A stretch of DNA of 64,000 nucleotides from a virus (IMGVR_UViG_3300033066_001528:1-64000); one strand, 5' to 3'. Shown: positions 29,436 to 39,191, numbered from the stretch's first letter. Notes: generated from the letters alone by a model not told the origin. Made by a program: numbers and translations.

Positions 29436-30713
29436 TTACACCTCTGGTTCGAATACCTGACGCCAAGCTTCATCGTAAAGAGCCTTGGATGCAGCATTTG
29501 CTTCATCCACTATTTGCTGCTCTTCGGGAGTGAGATCGGAATGGCCTTCCATTTTCTTCCTGGCTTCTATTTCCCGAACCTTTTCATACAAAAGGTGACC
29601 GGACTGTTTTGCAATCAGCATCGGTTTCAGGTTTACTTGGAGCTCACCAATATGACCATTAGGATAGGTTATATTGAACATGAGGTCTCGATAACCGAGA
29701 GCCGTTGGGTTAGAAAACCTGTTCTTGGGTTTCCGTGCGAACTTAACCCCCATCTTTCTCAACTGATGAATAACAACGGGGATCTCACCCAGGGTATCAA
29801 CGGCCACCGTAGCCCGAACTAGGTCTAATGCCGCCGACACATCAGCACCTTCGGCCTCAACTTTTTCAAGGAGCCTTTTCTTCTTCTTAAGGGGTCCAAT
29901 TTGAACAATCGGGCCCAATACAGAAAGGTCAGGTTTCTGACCCGGGTAAAAGACCTTTGCCCCCATACGACTATCCAGACCAGTACCACGATTCAGAAGG
30001 TCCAACTGAAGCTCGTTAGCTTCTAGTGCATCCCTGTAGAGATCGTCCAACGAGTTGGTTTGTTGACTCGTGGTGGACGGTAACGAAGTCTCTTCAGGAG
30101 TGAAAACAGAAGCAACAGCTTTTGGCACTGGCGGAACCGCGGGGCTGTCTTTATCCAATTTAACCCCAACGACCCTACCTATGCCTGGAAGCAGCACCTG
30201 GGACAATGGGGTGCCCACGGCCTCAAAAACCACCCCAAAAACAGTGGCTAGAGAGGCGGAAGAGTCATGAAACAGTTTGGGCAATAGATGCCCACGATCA
30301 ATCCTTTTCAACCAAGAAAACGCCGGAGTAATTGCCCCCACTACTTTTTTACCAAGCCCCTCGGCATTTTCACGACCAACCAGCCGGGGAAGAAAACGAA
30401 GAAGAGCGCGGACCCCGGCTTTCACAGGCTCATAAAAGCCACCAATCGGCGGAGGTGCCCCCAAAGACGTGGAGTGAAGCCTATTGTATAGGTCAATGAG
30501 ATTAAACACCTGAATAGGGGCCCCACGCAAGACCCGACGCATCCGCAAAATTAAAGCTGGAGGAATGGGGTCCCTAGTGTAAGAGGCATTGCTCTGCCAC
30601 TCCTCGAATGCCGGATCTTTATCCTCGAAAGAAACTTTGAGCAGGGGCAATAGATGGGCCCTAAGATCTGGGTTCTGGTGTGCTAACCGAATAACCTTTG
30701 AGCGAAGATTCAT
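29436..30713 (-). CDS. RelA/SpoT-like nucleotidyltransferase (small alarmone synthetase type) with N-terminal tag A
   Basis: K..R..EK, DLVRAT, GYRD, ELQV and H.LYE motifs; N-terminus MNLRSKVIRLAHQNPDLRAHLLPLLK. Confidence 0.8.
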   Translation of the reverse strand: MNLRSKVIRLAHQNPDLRAHLLPLLKVSFEDKDPAFEEWQSNASYTRDPIPPALILRMRRVLRGAPIQVFNLIDLYNRLHSTSLGAPPPIGGFYEPVKAGVRALLRFLPRLVGRENAEGLGKKVVGAITPAFSWLKRIDRGHLLPKLFHDSSASLATVFGVVFEAVGTPLSQVLLPGIGRVVGVKLDKDSPAVPPVPKAVASVFTPEETSLPSTTSQQTNSLDDLYRDALEANELQLDLLNRGTGLDSRMGAKVFYPGQKPDLSVLGPIVQIGPLKKKKRLLEKVEAEGADVSAALDLVRATVAVDTLGEIPVVIHQLRKMGVKFARKPKNRFSNPTALGYRDLMFNITYPNGHIGELQVNLKPMLIAKQSGHLLYEKVREIEARKKMEGHSDLTPEEQQIVDEANAASKALYDEAWRQVFEPEV

Positions 30714-30743
30714 GCAGTTGTGTTAAGATAACAGGCTTAACGA

Positions 30744-31061
30744 CTAATCAGCAAGCTCTCCCGGGATCCTCGCCCAATGATTATCCCTAGCATTTGCTAC
30801 TGTGGAGTTACCATCCAAAACCGTGTATGTCCCATCAAAGTTATCGCGAAGAGAAATTGGCTTGCGCCTTCCCCCCACACCACGATAAGCTTTCTCCATA
30901 TGTTCCCGTGCATGGGCAATTCCACTTTCACGAGCTCGGATAGTTACCAGTGAATCCAGAGGATAAAGCTTAGTGTATGGAGTTCGAATGAAGTACCTCC
31001 ACGGGTCTTCAGGAAGAAGGCTTTCCATGCTTCTGGCAAGAACACGCATTAACAAAGACAT
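30744..31061 (-). CDS. ParB/Srx-like domain protein
   Basis: KPISLRDNFDGTYTVLDGNST...A...W.RIP; likely start MSLLMRVLARS. Confidence 0.65.
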   Translation of the reverse strand: MSLLMRVLARSMESLLPEDPWRYFIRTPYTKLYPLDSLVTIRARESGIAHAREHMEKAYRGVGGRRKPISLRDNFDGTYTVLDGNSTVANARDNHWARIPGELAD

Positions 31062-31087
31062 AAGTATTCGTAAATATAAATGCGTAA

Positions 31088-32443
31088 TCAACCCGTGATG
31101 TTCTCATAGGCACCAGTCCGGCCCCGCTCCTCAAGCTCATCGGGTTCATTGGACTTGTTGGTTGCCAGGGGGAGAATGGCATCTGGAGTCACTGGCCAAG
31201 CGGGATCCCTTCGCGCATCATAGGTCTCCCTCAGCGGACTGTAGGTGTACCGAGTCTGTGGCCACGGAAGATTGGGGCTTGCAATTTCCTGATCAATAGG
31301 AACTTTGTACCGAATGTCATCCGAATCAATATATTGAATGTTGAAATGCTGCTGCATCACATTCCCCCGATTTGTTGGCCTCCTTACGGGACCTATTGAG
31401 TATCTGTCATTATTCTGTTTCACAATGAAGTCTCGTTGTGAAACAATAGGGGAAAATGACATCCACACCTCATACGAGTGCTCTTTTCGTCTACCCATTG
31501 AGGTTTGAGAGATCCTCTTTTCCGCATCGTCTGGAGCCACAATGATATCATAGGGACCTTCGTAACCCCCTACAAACCCGACACCAAAGCAATCCCGGCA
31601 TAAGTTACTAGGCTGCTTTCCGTACTCCCGAGACTTAGGGTCGACCTGAAGTGTGCAGAGGCAAGGAATACCGTTGGTTTTCATGGTGAAAAGTTTGACT
31701 CTTTCCCCACCCTGCTCAAGAATCCACCGATTTCTACGGATAGCCTCCCGCCAAATGTAATCTAATGCCTCAATCTGCATGTCCGAGGCCGGAGCTGTAT
31801 CTTGGAGCCTACTTTCGGATAGGTTGCCGGGCTGGGTTGGGTCAACCACTACCGTGGTTACACGGTAGTAGGATTTCTTATCAACCCCTGGCTGAACCAT
31901 ATTCCGGAGTGTGTAATAGGTAACCGTAACGACATCGTCAGGCCCCGAGGGCAAGGGTGCATTAGAGAACCTAATGTCTCTTGGATCAATCAATGCGTTT
32001 GACTCCAGCGTCACCTCTCCCGTGGGTCCAAATACAGACGCTACCCTAGCCGGGACCCCATTGACATACACCAGAACATCGGATGAAGCATTTGCAGATA
32101 CACCATTGGTTCTTGGTTTGAATATTGGATGGAGGGTTTTGAAAGTCCAACGTGCAAGATTGGGAGCGTCCCCCCTAGACTGCCATTCACCCCAAGGAAC
32201 CACCTCGGATGCAATCAAAACAACATCGGTGTAATCCCGAAAAAACCCCCCTCCAACAGGATAAGCATTGACGCGACGATAGGGTCCTCGATCCGAGCTA
32301 TCGGATCGATAGATATTTACACCCACTACCACCCGATCGGAATTAGAGCTCAACAGGGCCGGGTCGTCCCAGCGAAGGTCAAAGACTCCCTGGATGAAAG
32401 GCGAGACGACCATCAAATTTTGAGGGGGTTGAGGATACACCAT
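31088..32443 (-). CDS. Neck / head-closure protein with FN3-like N-terminus
   Basis: PPQNL..LRWD..VNIYRS; GGERVKLF..C.C..C..CFGVGFVGGY motif seen in large-phage neck proteins. Confidence 0.6.
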   Translation of the reverse strand: MVYPQPPQNLMVVSPFIQGVFDLRWDDPALLSSNSDRVVVGVNIYRSDSSDRGPYRRVNAYPVGGGFFRDYTDVVLIASEVVPWGEWQSRGDAPNLARWTFKTLHPIFKPRTNGVSANASSDVLVYVNGVPARVASVFGPTGEVTLESNALIDPRDIRFSNAPLPSGPDDVVTVTYYTLRNMVQPGVDKKSYYRVTTVVVDPTQPGNLSESRLQDTAPASDMQIEALDYIWREAIRRNRWILEQGGERVKLFTMKTNGIPCLCTLQVDPKSREYGKQPSNLCRDCFGVGFVGGYEGPYDIIVAPDDAEKRISQTSMGRRKEHSYEVWMSFSPIVSQRDFIVKQNNDRYSIGPVRRPTNRGNVMQQHFNIQYIDSDDIRYKVPIDQEIASPNLPWPQTRYTYSPLRETYDARRDPAWPVTPDAILPLATNKSNEPDELEERGRTGAYENITG

Positions 32444-32457
32444 AACCCTAAGTAGAA

Positions 32458-33075
32458 TCAGACTTCAACCGGAACGGTCAAGTCAAGAAGATCCATGACT
32501 TTATTCCGAAGTTCCGCTTCCCAAGCCCCGGATCCCGTGCGAAATACGGAAACGGCATCCACAAACAAAGATGCCCTACCCGCAGAAATACGGCTAGAAT
32601 CAGTGGTGCACTCCGAAGAAATAAGAATGGCTCTCGGCCCCCGCCCAATATCCAGAAGAAGGTTCAAGCCATTTGTGCTGTTGTCTAAGTTGATATCTAC
32701 TACAACAACGGCAGAACGAACCTTCCGCCAAACTGATTCGGCCAGGGAAAAGTTAGGTACCAAATGAGGAGTAGCCCCTAATGAACGTAGAGTCGAATGA
32801 AGATCAGGATCGGGATCGGTAGTTACAGCATGTAGGGGAACCCCTAGAACCGAAAGGGTAGATGCCAAAGCACATAAAGCTGGGGGCGAATCGTCAATGA
32901 TTACAACGGAGCGTGTCAAAGGGTTGTAATCCAACCAACGAGTTATGACATCGGTAAGAATTTGAGCCGAATGCTCGGCCTTACCTAAAATAGACCCCAT
33001 GCGATACATACACATCTGAAGTGTATGGTCCGGGTAAGCACCACCAAAAGCTACGCTGTCCATATTTTCAATCAT
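32458..33075 (-). CDS. Response-regulator receiver (REC)-like domain protein
   Basis: VVIIDDS...VVVVDINL...NGLNLL...AILISS; the conserved Lys is not evident. Confidence 0.65.
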   Translation of the reverse strand: MIENMDSVAFGGAYPDHTLQMCMYRMGSILGKAEHSAQILTDVITRWLDYNPLTRSVVIIDDSPPALCALASTLSVLGVPLHAVTTDPDPDLHSTLRSLGATPHLVPNFSLAESVWRKVRSAVVVVDINLDNSTNGLNLLLDIGRGPRAILISSECTTDSSRISAGRASLFVDAVSVFRTGSGAWEAELRNKVMDLLDLTVPVEV

Positions 33076-33371
33076 CGAACGATAATCCTCATGAGTAAAG
33101 CAATCAGTCCACTGAAAACAATGGACGAGATCCCACCGATTAATAACGCCTGAGACCTAAGGGTTTCCACGTCTCTCAGTCGCTTCTCCACGTCCAAAGA
33201 TTTCTCATTGAGAGTTTCTATCTTGGTGGCTAACCGGGCCAGGGTAGTTTCGGTGACCACGGTAGACTTCCGGTGTTCAGCCGAAAGCTCACCTAAAGCT
33301 TTATTCAGGCTGTCAATAGCACCTAGAATTGCCCTACGGTGCTCAAGGAATCCGTCACCACCATCACTCAT
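33072..33371 (-). CDS. Coiled-coil protein with C-terminal transmembrane helix (holin/XhlA-like)
   Basis: VEKRLRDVE followed by ALLIGGISSIVFSGLIALLM; ATGA overlap with the REC gene. Confidence 0.5.
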   Translation of the reverse strand: MSDGGDGFLEHRRAILGAIDSLNKALGELSAEHRKSTVVTETTLARLATKIETLNEKSLDVEKRLRDVETLRSQALLIGGISSIVFSGLIALLMRIIVR

Positions 33372-33639
33372 TGTACACCTTCCAGAACAACTCAAAAACT
33401 ATTGCGTCAAGTTGCTACAAGTAAAAAAAGATTAGGCAAACCAAACGAGACTAAATGCCCCGCACCATTCCACTAGTGAAATGCGAAACAAAATACGCAC
33501 CCAATAGCCAAAAGCAAAAAGCCACAGAAGGTGTCTTTTTGACACCCTAGACCATACCGATACATTTTTTGAGGTGGAAATAAAAAACTGGGAGGAACTG
33601 GAAAATGAGGTCCCCCCTAGGGTGGAGAGACGGGAAAAG

Positions 33640-33918
33640 TCAATCCCAATTAAACCGTTTCATCTCGACGGTTAGGTCATTAAAAGCAAATCGTAAAGCT
33701 AGCATCGCTCTATGCATCTTCCTGTCATCCGACATAGACGGTTCGTCTCTAACGGCACTCTGCAGTTTGTAAAACCCATCGCTCATCTTGTAATAAGCTT
33801 CCCGAATGTTCCCATTGGAGACGGGGATACCACCTTCTTTGAGAATAGGCAGGAGCTCTTTGCGGAGCTCAGGATTTTGGTGTGCTAATCTAATAAGACG
33901 GGAACGTAGAGATTCCAT
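33640..33918 (-). CDS. Small protein with N-terminal tag A
   Basis: MESLRSRLIRLAHQNPELRKELLPILKEGG. Confidence 0.75.
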   Translation of the reverse strand: MESLRSRLIRLAHQNPELRKELLPILKEGGIPVSNGNIREAYYKMSDGFYKLQSAVRDEPSMSDDRKMHRAMLALRFAFNDLTVEMKRFNWD

Positions 33919-33945
33919 ACCAACAACTTGGTATGGAATCTCTAC
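33906..33945 (-). promoter_or_regulatory. Perfect 18-bp inverted repeat covering the start codon of 33640..33918
   Basis: GTAGAGATTCCATACCAA-caac-TTGGTATGGAATCTCTAC. Confidence 0.75.
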
Positions 33946-33954
33946 CGTTAACCT

Positions 33955-36381
33955 TCAGTTAACGCTGAAGTATTCACCCTTCATGTACACCGTAATGACG
34001 GCTCCATTTGGGAGGACATAGAAGACACCTTCTTCTTTTTCCGCCTTGTTGAGCTTCGCCTCCGGGTACGTCGTCGCGAAAGCATCTGCGTCGAAAGCAA
34101 CGGCGCCCAAGTTATCGGGAACCAGCCCGGATGCCCCGATGTAGAACGCTAGAGGGCTAAACTCAGCCCAAATATCCTCGATAGCTGCCGCAACGGACTT
34201 TGACGCGGCCGTAACTACGTCAACCATCTTGTCCCGGTTTAAGGTCAAAGCCTCAAGGAACTCGACATCATTCACACCGGCATCCCGAAGTGTAGACACC
34301 AAAGCGCTGGTGGATCCAACACCCAGAAGACCCTCATACAGAGGGTAGGACATGGTATCGGTTTCGTCCAACTTCGTTGCAGCCGTCAGCTTCTTCACAT
34401 CCCACACAACACCACCCATACCAACCAAATCCAAGGTAGGCTTGTCAACCTTAGATCCGTTGAGAGTGGCAGTGAACCGGCGTTGCAAACCATCGTTACC
34501 ACTTCGGAGTTTGGTCACACTCGTCAGGGCGGGATAACCAATATCGATCTTGTAGCTAACCCTAACATCAACGGACCCATTAGCCAGAGCCTGTTTGAGA
34601 TCGGTATATTCCGTCGTGGTAGGTGGGGAGAAGTTGAGAGACGGGGTGAGGTAATGCGTCTTGAGCGCCGCAACCTGCTCCTGAGTCAGAGAGGTTGACT
34701 CACCCTTCACCATCCCGGAGAGGATCTTCCCCAAAACCGTGAGACGAACCAATTTATGGATACCGTCCATCGTAGGGGCGGAGAAAGAGGCGCTGTAATC
34801 CACCAGAGGAAGACTCGAAAGGTCAACGGCAAAAGGTCCCCCTGGAGCGTAATCCCCGGTCACGAGACCCATGTCCTTAAGGTCCCGGTGCACCCGCTTG
34901 TCATTTGTTCGGAAGGTGATGCGGGCCACATTCAAGCTACCATCCCCAACAATGGTATAATTGTTGAAAGACTTAAGACCATCCAAAGCCACACCGGCCA
35001 CGGAAGCAATCCTAGTCTTGGAGTCGCGAGCATAAATACCTTGAGGCTGAGAGATGAGCATGTTGATAGTAGGGTTGGACCGATTGCGCTCAAAACCCAT
35101 CACCTGGGCCCACTGATCATCACCCTCTGTCTTTGACTCATAGGCTGGAAGCTCCAGGCTACCATCTTCCTTGCGAACCCCGGGCACGCGACGGACTCCA
35201 GTACGTCTGTAGTCTGACCGGAGCTTTTGCATGTCCACTTCAAGGCCCGGCCGAGAAAGAGCCGCAATCACCTTGAGGACCGAAGGACCCGAGATACCAT
35301 ATTCGACGTTGGGGGTGTAGGTCTGAGGATTGAACACCGCCTCATCCATCGCGGAAGAGAAAGCTGCAATCTCACTATTAACCAAAGCCTTCCCGTGAAC
35401 CCGAAGCAGATCCGGGTGACGAGAGCTAACCAGAGCATACTTTGCTTCATTTAGCTGGCCCATCGCCAGCCGGGCGCGGACATAAGCCAGAATAGGGGCG
35501 GGAGAATCCCCCTCCCCGTTAACAGGAACAGGCGAGGATTTGTAATCATCCGCGGAGACCTCGGTATATCGATACGCAACCTTGTCATCCGAGGGACGCA
35601 ATCCACGAACGGTCAGATTGTCTTCGGACCCCAGGCAAATCCGCCCGGTCTTAGACACAAACACAACAAAGGAAGCGGAACCCCGAGAAACTTCAATTGA
35701 CGGGCTCATAGAACCCGCAAGAAGAACCGTAGTGTCATGCAGGGCCTGATACACCTGTTGGATGTTTTGAGCTTGGAGGCATTTCCCACTCAACGAGTTA
35801 GCAATACGACTCAAAAGGGCAAAGTCGCACGAACTACGGTGACCAATTGTGTTCACGAAGATGTTGGGGTGGCGCTTAAGAGAGGTAACTGCGGCATCCA
35901 GGGAACGAACCTCGGCCGATGGGCTAGGGTCGTTTGCATACCCGTCGGTATGAAAAGAGATGGCGGTTACCTCACTATCATCAATCAGTTTCTCGGCCTC
36001 GGATAGTGCTTGGGATAGACAAGTGAGGTAGGTTGCTTGAATTGACCGAATGGCCTGAAGGTGCTTGGAGTTAGGGGCCATTACCGAGGTAATGGGCACC
36101 CGACGGCAATGAACAGTCACATCCCCACTCGATGAAGTGGAAATGATGCTAACCAGAAGGTTAGGATCAGCGAATTCCTGGAGTGTAAAGACCTTCTCCA
36201 CAGTTGCCTTCATGGCCCCCATATCACCGTACATGCTGCCGGAACGATCCAGACAGACAATGTGGTGAGAAGGAACCCTGGATTTCGTGGTCTCAGCCTC
36301 CCCCAAAACCTGGGTGTCGACTAGGAAATATCGGCGAGGAGATCCACTGAAAGACCGAGTACTGAATTTGGATTTTGACAT
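33955..36381 (-). CDS. Large vWA-domain protein
   Basis: MIDAS DRSGS, T (YLTCLSQAL) and FHTDG. Confidence 0.8.
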   Translation of the reverse strand: MSKSKFSTRSFSGSPRRYFLVDTQVLGEAETTKSRVPSHHIVCLDRSGSMYGDMGAMKATVEKVFTLQEFADPNLLVSIISTSSSGDVTVHCRRVPITSVMAPNSKHLQAIRSIQATYLTCLSQALSEAEKLIDDSEVTAISFHTDGYANDPSPSAEVRSLDAAVTSLKRHPNIFVNTIGHRSSCDFALLSRIANSLSGKCLQAQNIQQVYQALHDTTVLLAGSMSPSIEVSRGSASFVVFVSKTGRICLGSEDNLTVRGLRPSDDKVAYRYTEVSADDYKSSPVPVNGEGDSPAPILAYVRARLAMGQLNEAKYALVSSRHPDLLRVHGKALVNSEIAAFSSAMDEAVFNPQTYTPNVEYGISGPSVLKVIAALSRPGLEVDMQKLRSDYRRTGVRRVPGVRKEDGSLELPAYESKTEGDDQWAQVMGFERNRSNPTINMLISQPQGIYARDSKTRIASVAGVALDGLKSFNNYTIVGDGSLNVARITFRTNDKRVHRDLKDMGLVTGDYAPGGPFAVDLSSLPLVDYSASFSAPTMDGIHKLVRLTVLGKILSGMVKGESTSLTQEQVAALKTHYLTPSLNFSPPTTTEYTDLKQALANGSVDVRVSYKIDIGYPALTSVTKLRSGNDGLQRRFTATLNGSKVDKPTLDLVGMGGVVWDVKKLTAATKLDETDTMSYPLYEGLLGVGSTSALVSTLRDAGVNDVEFLEALTLNRDKMVDVVTAASKSVAAAIEDIWAEFSPLAFYIGASGLVPDNLGAVAFDADAFATTYPEAKLNKAEKEEGVFYVLPNGAVITVYMKGEYFSVN

Positions 36382-36449
36382 TGATACCCCGTAATAGGTG
36401 GGATTGTTACCCTTCAGTTACGCCGGGAGAAGGAAAACTGACCCTCGAT

Positions 36450-37196
36450 TCAGATGGAGAATTTAGAGCCCCTAAGAACCCTACAATCGGGAAGAATACC
36501 TAGGGGATTGGGGGTACAATGCTTCTCCCACCACCCCCCCAATTTATTTGATACGACCCTAAAGAACTGACGGTCTTCAGAAAAAACCGAAGGTAGGGCT
36601 TCATGGGGTGTCCGGTCGGTCATCCAGTACAACTTGGAAGGCTCCATTTTCGAGGCTACCCCAAGGGGCTCTTTTTTCAAAGCCCCGAGTGCATCAACGT
36701 CCGTAGTGGTTGAGTCCCACACCCGGCAAGCGCCATTGGTGGAGGCCATGTAAACCCCGTCTTTACGATCGCAATGTCCATCCTGAAGAATACCTTGAAG
36801 GTACTCCAATCGTTGTCTCTGATCATAGGTCAGATCTTCCTTGCTGACCCGACGTAGTTCTGCGAGCTCCTCCAGAATGGATGTCCCACCACCAAACCTA
36901 CCAATGGATCCACCACCAAAGGTAAAACCACTCCCAAACGCGGACCAAAAAGATCCATTCCCGGCTTCGGTATGTACCCCACCCCTCCGCTGCGTTGTCC
37001 CCCCCTGAACCCGACCCTCTGTCACAGTAAGGTAAGCTACCTTTCCTGGGAGAATTGAATCACACATGGCAATGAGAGGAAGATACCCGTGTAGGTCTTC
37101 AGGAATTGTCGCCGGGTCGCCCATGATAAAAGGCATCATGTTGACGGACATAGCACGGGGTTTAGGGAACTGAACAAAATGAAGGGGTTGGTACAT
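36450..37196 (-). CDS. 2OG-Fe(II) oxygenase-like protein (untagged paralog)
   Basis: RRGGVHTE (HxE), TPHEAL (distal His), RQFFRV (2OG-binding Arg); paralog of 50989..51726. Confidence 0.55.
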   Translation of the reverse strand: MYQPLHFVQFPKPRAMSVNMMPFIMGDPATIPEDLHGYLPLIAMCDSILPGKVAYLTVTEGRVQGGTTQRRGGVHTEAGNGSFWSAFGSGFTFGGGSIGRFGGGTSILEELAELRRVSKEDLTYDQRQRLEYLQGILQDGHCDRKDGVYMASTNGACRVWDSTTTDVDALGALKKEPLGVASKMEPSKLYWMTDRTPHEALPSVFSEDRQFFRVVSNKLGGWWEKHCTPNPLGILPDCRVLRGSKFSI

Positions 37197-37233
37197 ACCC
37201 CACTTACGAAAAGAGTTGGACAGAAGGGGAGAG

Positions 37234-38709
37234 TTACTGGGAAAGTTTCATTTTTTCAGCATAAAAAGAAATCACCTTTTCTGCCGTTGAAACATCTGAA
37301 CCGAAAAAGTTCAACCAATGGTCTCGAACCACGGTCAAAAGAGGTACGTGCGTCATCTTGGACCGCTTAATGAATTCCCGAATATGAGCTTGAACTTCAA
37401 GGGGATCCAGAGCATAGTCATTGACGGGGTCTCTTCCTTGAGGCAAAGAGGCGTTTTGCTTTGAGAATTGCACGCTATGAGTCAGCTCGTGGGCCAACAG
37501 TGATGCCAATTCTGCCTGTCCTTCGGATCTCTTGGGGGACAACCACACTTCCACACTCAAATCCCCATAATAGTTGTTACCATCATGATTTTTCCCGGTA
37601 CCTGGATTGTCGGAGTGTCGTGTGAGGACTGATAGGTCCGTAGTTCCGGTTGATTCTAACGAATCCAGAATCCATTGGTCTAAGTTAATGTGAATATGAT
37701 TGTATCTATCCTCCAACACATGAGAACCATCCCTCCATTTCAAACTGGCATCCCGTTTCTGCAGCTTGTAAACGGAGTTACACACAAGACTAGACAGTGC
37801 ATTAGCCAGCTTTGCTACATTGACTTTGGTCCCAAAAGAAGCTGATTTGTCGGATTTGTCATTAGCAGCTTCTAAAACCTTCTGCATGTCTTCATCGGAC
37901 AAACCCTCTGCCATGACATCGTGGATTGCTTGATAGACGTAGGTCAGTAGGATCTCCTGAAGCTCATCTTCGGAAGGACCATCCTCCCCAAATACATACC
38001 GCATCGCTACTCGCTCGGACGCCGGGCGTGCCGAGGCTAGGTGATCGGAGAAATGATGGAGACCGTGAAGAAAAGAGTGACCCACTTCAAAGTGAGTGAA
38101 CCCCTTATCCAGAATATGACTGACAGCTTTGAAGGCCACATGCTTGGCGAAAGAATTACCCAGAGTTCCGGCCATGGCCCCCAAGCCGCCTGTGGCCGCC
38201 ATCACAGTGCCAGCCACAACATAAACTCCAACTGCATAGAGAGCTTTTTTATCCGGTCCCGTCAGCTTCTCCGGTGGCTTCTTAAACACTTTCTTTACAG
38301 CCGATACGCCGTGTTTTATCTCATGAAGCTCTTCTTTGGTAGCGTTCTTCAAAAGAGTGGGGATAGCTTTGGTACCCTTCTTCATTAGCTGAACGGCTTT
38401 ATCTGTAGCCTCTTTGCGGTGATCCTTATCCACTATCAACCGCTGGACTTCTTTTGGAGCTTGTTTGAGGGCTTCCTTCGCTGCTGGGGCTAGGCTCTTG
38501 GCCTTCTCCAAAAATGACGATAGCATCCCTTTGAAGCCTTTGCTTCCACCATCATCTTTCGTGGGTTCGTCTTTTTTGGGCTTGGCATGGGCATCGGCTT
38601 GATCCTTTGTATCAAAGGATTTCGCCTCTCCAGCGGGACTTTGGGATCTCCATTTACCCTCGGGGGTCTTCCAGACCTCTCCGGGGTGTCTTTCTCGCGC
38701 TATCTTCAT
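37234..38709 (-). CDS. Multidomain protein with hydrophobic segment, internal tag B and C-terminal zincin metallopeptidase
   Basis: LAHELTHSVQ...Y..DP.EVQA; internal ASERVAMRY. Confidence 0.65.
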   Translation of the reverse strand: MKIARERHPGEVWKTPEGKWRSQSPAGEAKSFDTKDQADAHAKPKKDEPTKDDGGSKGFKGMLSSFLEKAKSLAPAAKEALKQAPKEVQRLIVDKDHRKEATDKAVQLMKKGTKAIPTLLKNATKEELHEIKHGVSAVKKVFKKPPEKLTGPDKKALYAVGVYVVAGTVMAATGGLGAMAGTLGNSFAKHVAFKAVSHILDKGFTHFEVGHSFLHGLHHFSDHLASARPASERVAMRYVFGEDGPSEDELQEILLTYVYQAIHDVMAEGLSDEDMQKVLEAANDKSDKSASFGTKVNVAKLANALSSLVCNSVYKLQKRDASLKWRDGSHVLEDRYNHIHINLDQWILDSLESTGTTDLSVLTRHSDNPGTGKNHDGNNYYGDLSVEVWLSPKRSEGQAELASLLAHELTHSVQFSKQNASLPQGRDPVNDYALDPLEVQAHIREFIKRSKMTHVPLLTVVRDHWLNFFGSDVSTAEKVISFYAEKMKLSQ

Positions 38710-39191
38710 CAAACACACTCCGGAATAGGAAGAGAACCAGCTACACCCATCTCTATGTCCAAGAGGGCAAAAAAATCATCTATGTCCTCATTGTCAAAAA
38801 ACACACAGTCCAGAAGGAATAAATCATAAGGAAGATGCAAAACACCCATACGAGTGGAAACTTGAACGATGGAATGGAAAATATCTGTAACCTCACCCCA
38901 CCCTAGTGACAGAGACCAGAAAGGAATCCCTAAAGAGGCTCGGATTCTCCGGTGCTGGTTGGGGTGCAAGTATCTGTGTTTTTGTTGACGGTGAAAAACA
39001 CCACTATGACGAACCCGACGGTATCGGCTTTTTGCCCGTCGTTTAATCTGGTTCCGGTGTCTCAGGTAGTTCAACCTAGAGCGCCTGCGAGCCATACCAT
39101 GCTGGATGTGTTGTCTTGCATTTATTTGCAGTGCCATACGTCTTAGCCTGGATATAGGACCGGAAGGGTTGTGATTGCCGTACACCGACAC
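38709..39191 (-). CDS. Arg/His-rich basic protein
   Basis: RRRSRLNYLRHRNQIKRRAKSRYRRVRH; acidic C-terminus. Confidence 0.55.
   Translation of the reverse strand: MSVYGNHNPSGPISRLRRMALQINARQHIQHGMARRRSRLNYLRHRNQIKRRAKSRYRRVRHSGVFHRQQKHRYLHPNQHRRIRASLGIPFWSLSLGWGEVTDIFHSIVQVSTRMGVLHLPYDLFLLDCVFFDNEDIDDFFALLDIEMGVAGSLPIPECV

Noticed and set aside
1-33400. Extracellular contractile injection system or tailocin instead of a phage
   Set aside because: Neck/head-joining genes, homing endonucleases, an intein and dense phage-type accessory genes, with no host housekeeping genes, fit a large phage better. Capsid and terminase genes are not in this window, so this is not fully excluded.
33396-33639. 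Possible ncRNA or small membrane peptide in the largest intergenic gap
   Set aside because: Only a short GGTGTC/GACACC hairpin and an unsupported ~30-codon frame were seen, which is too little to call.
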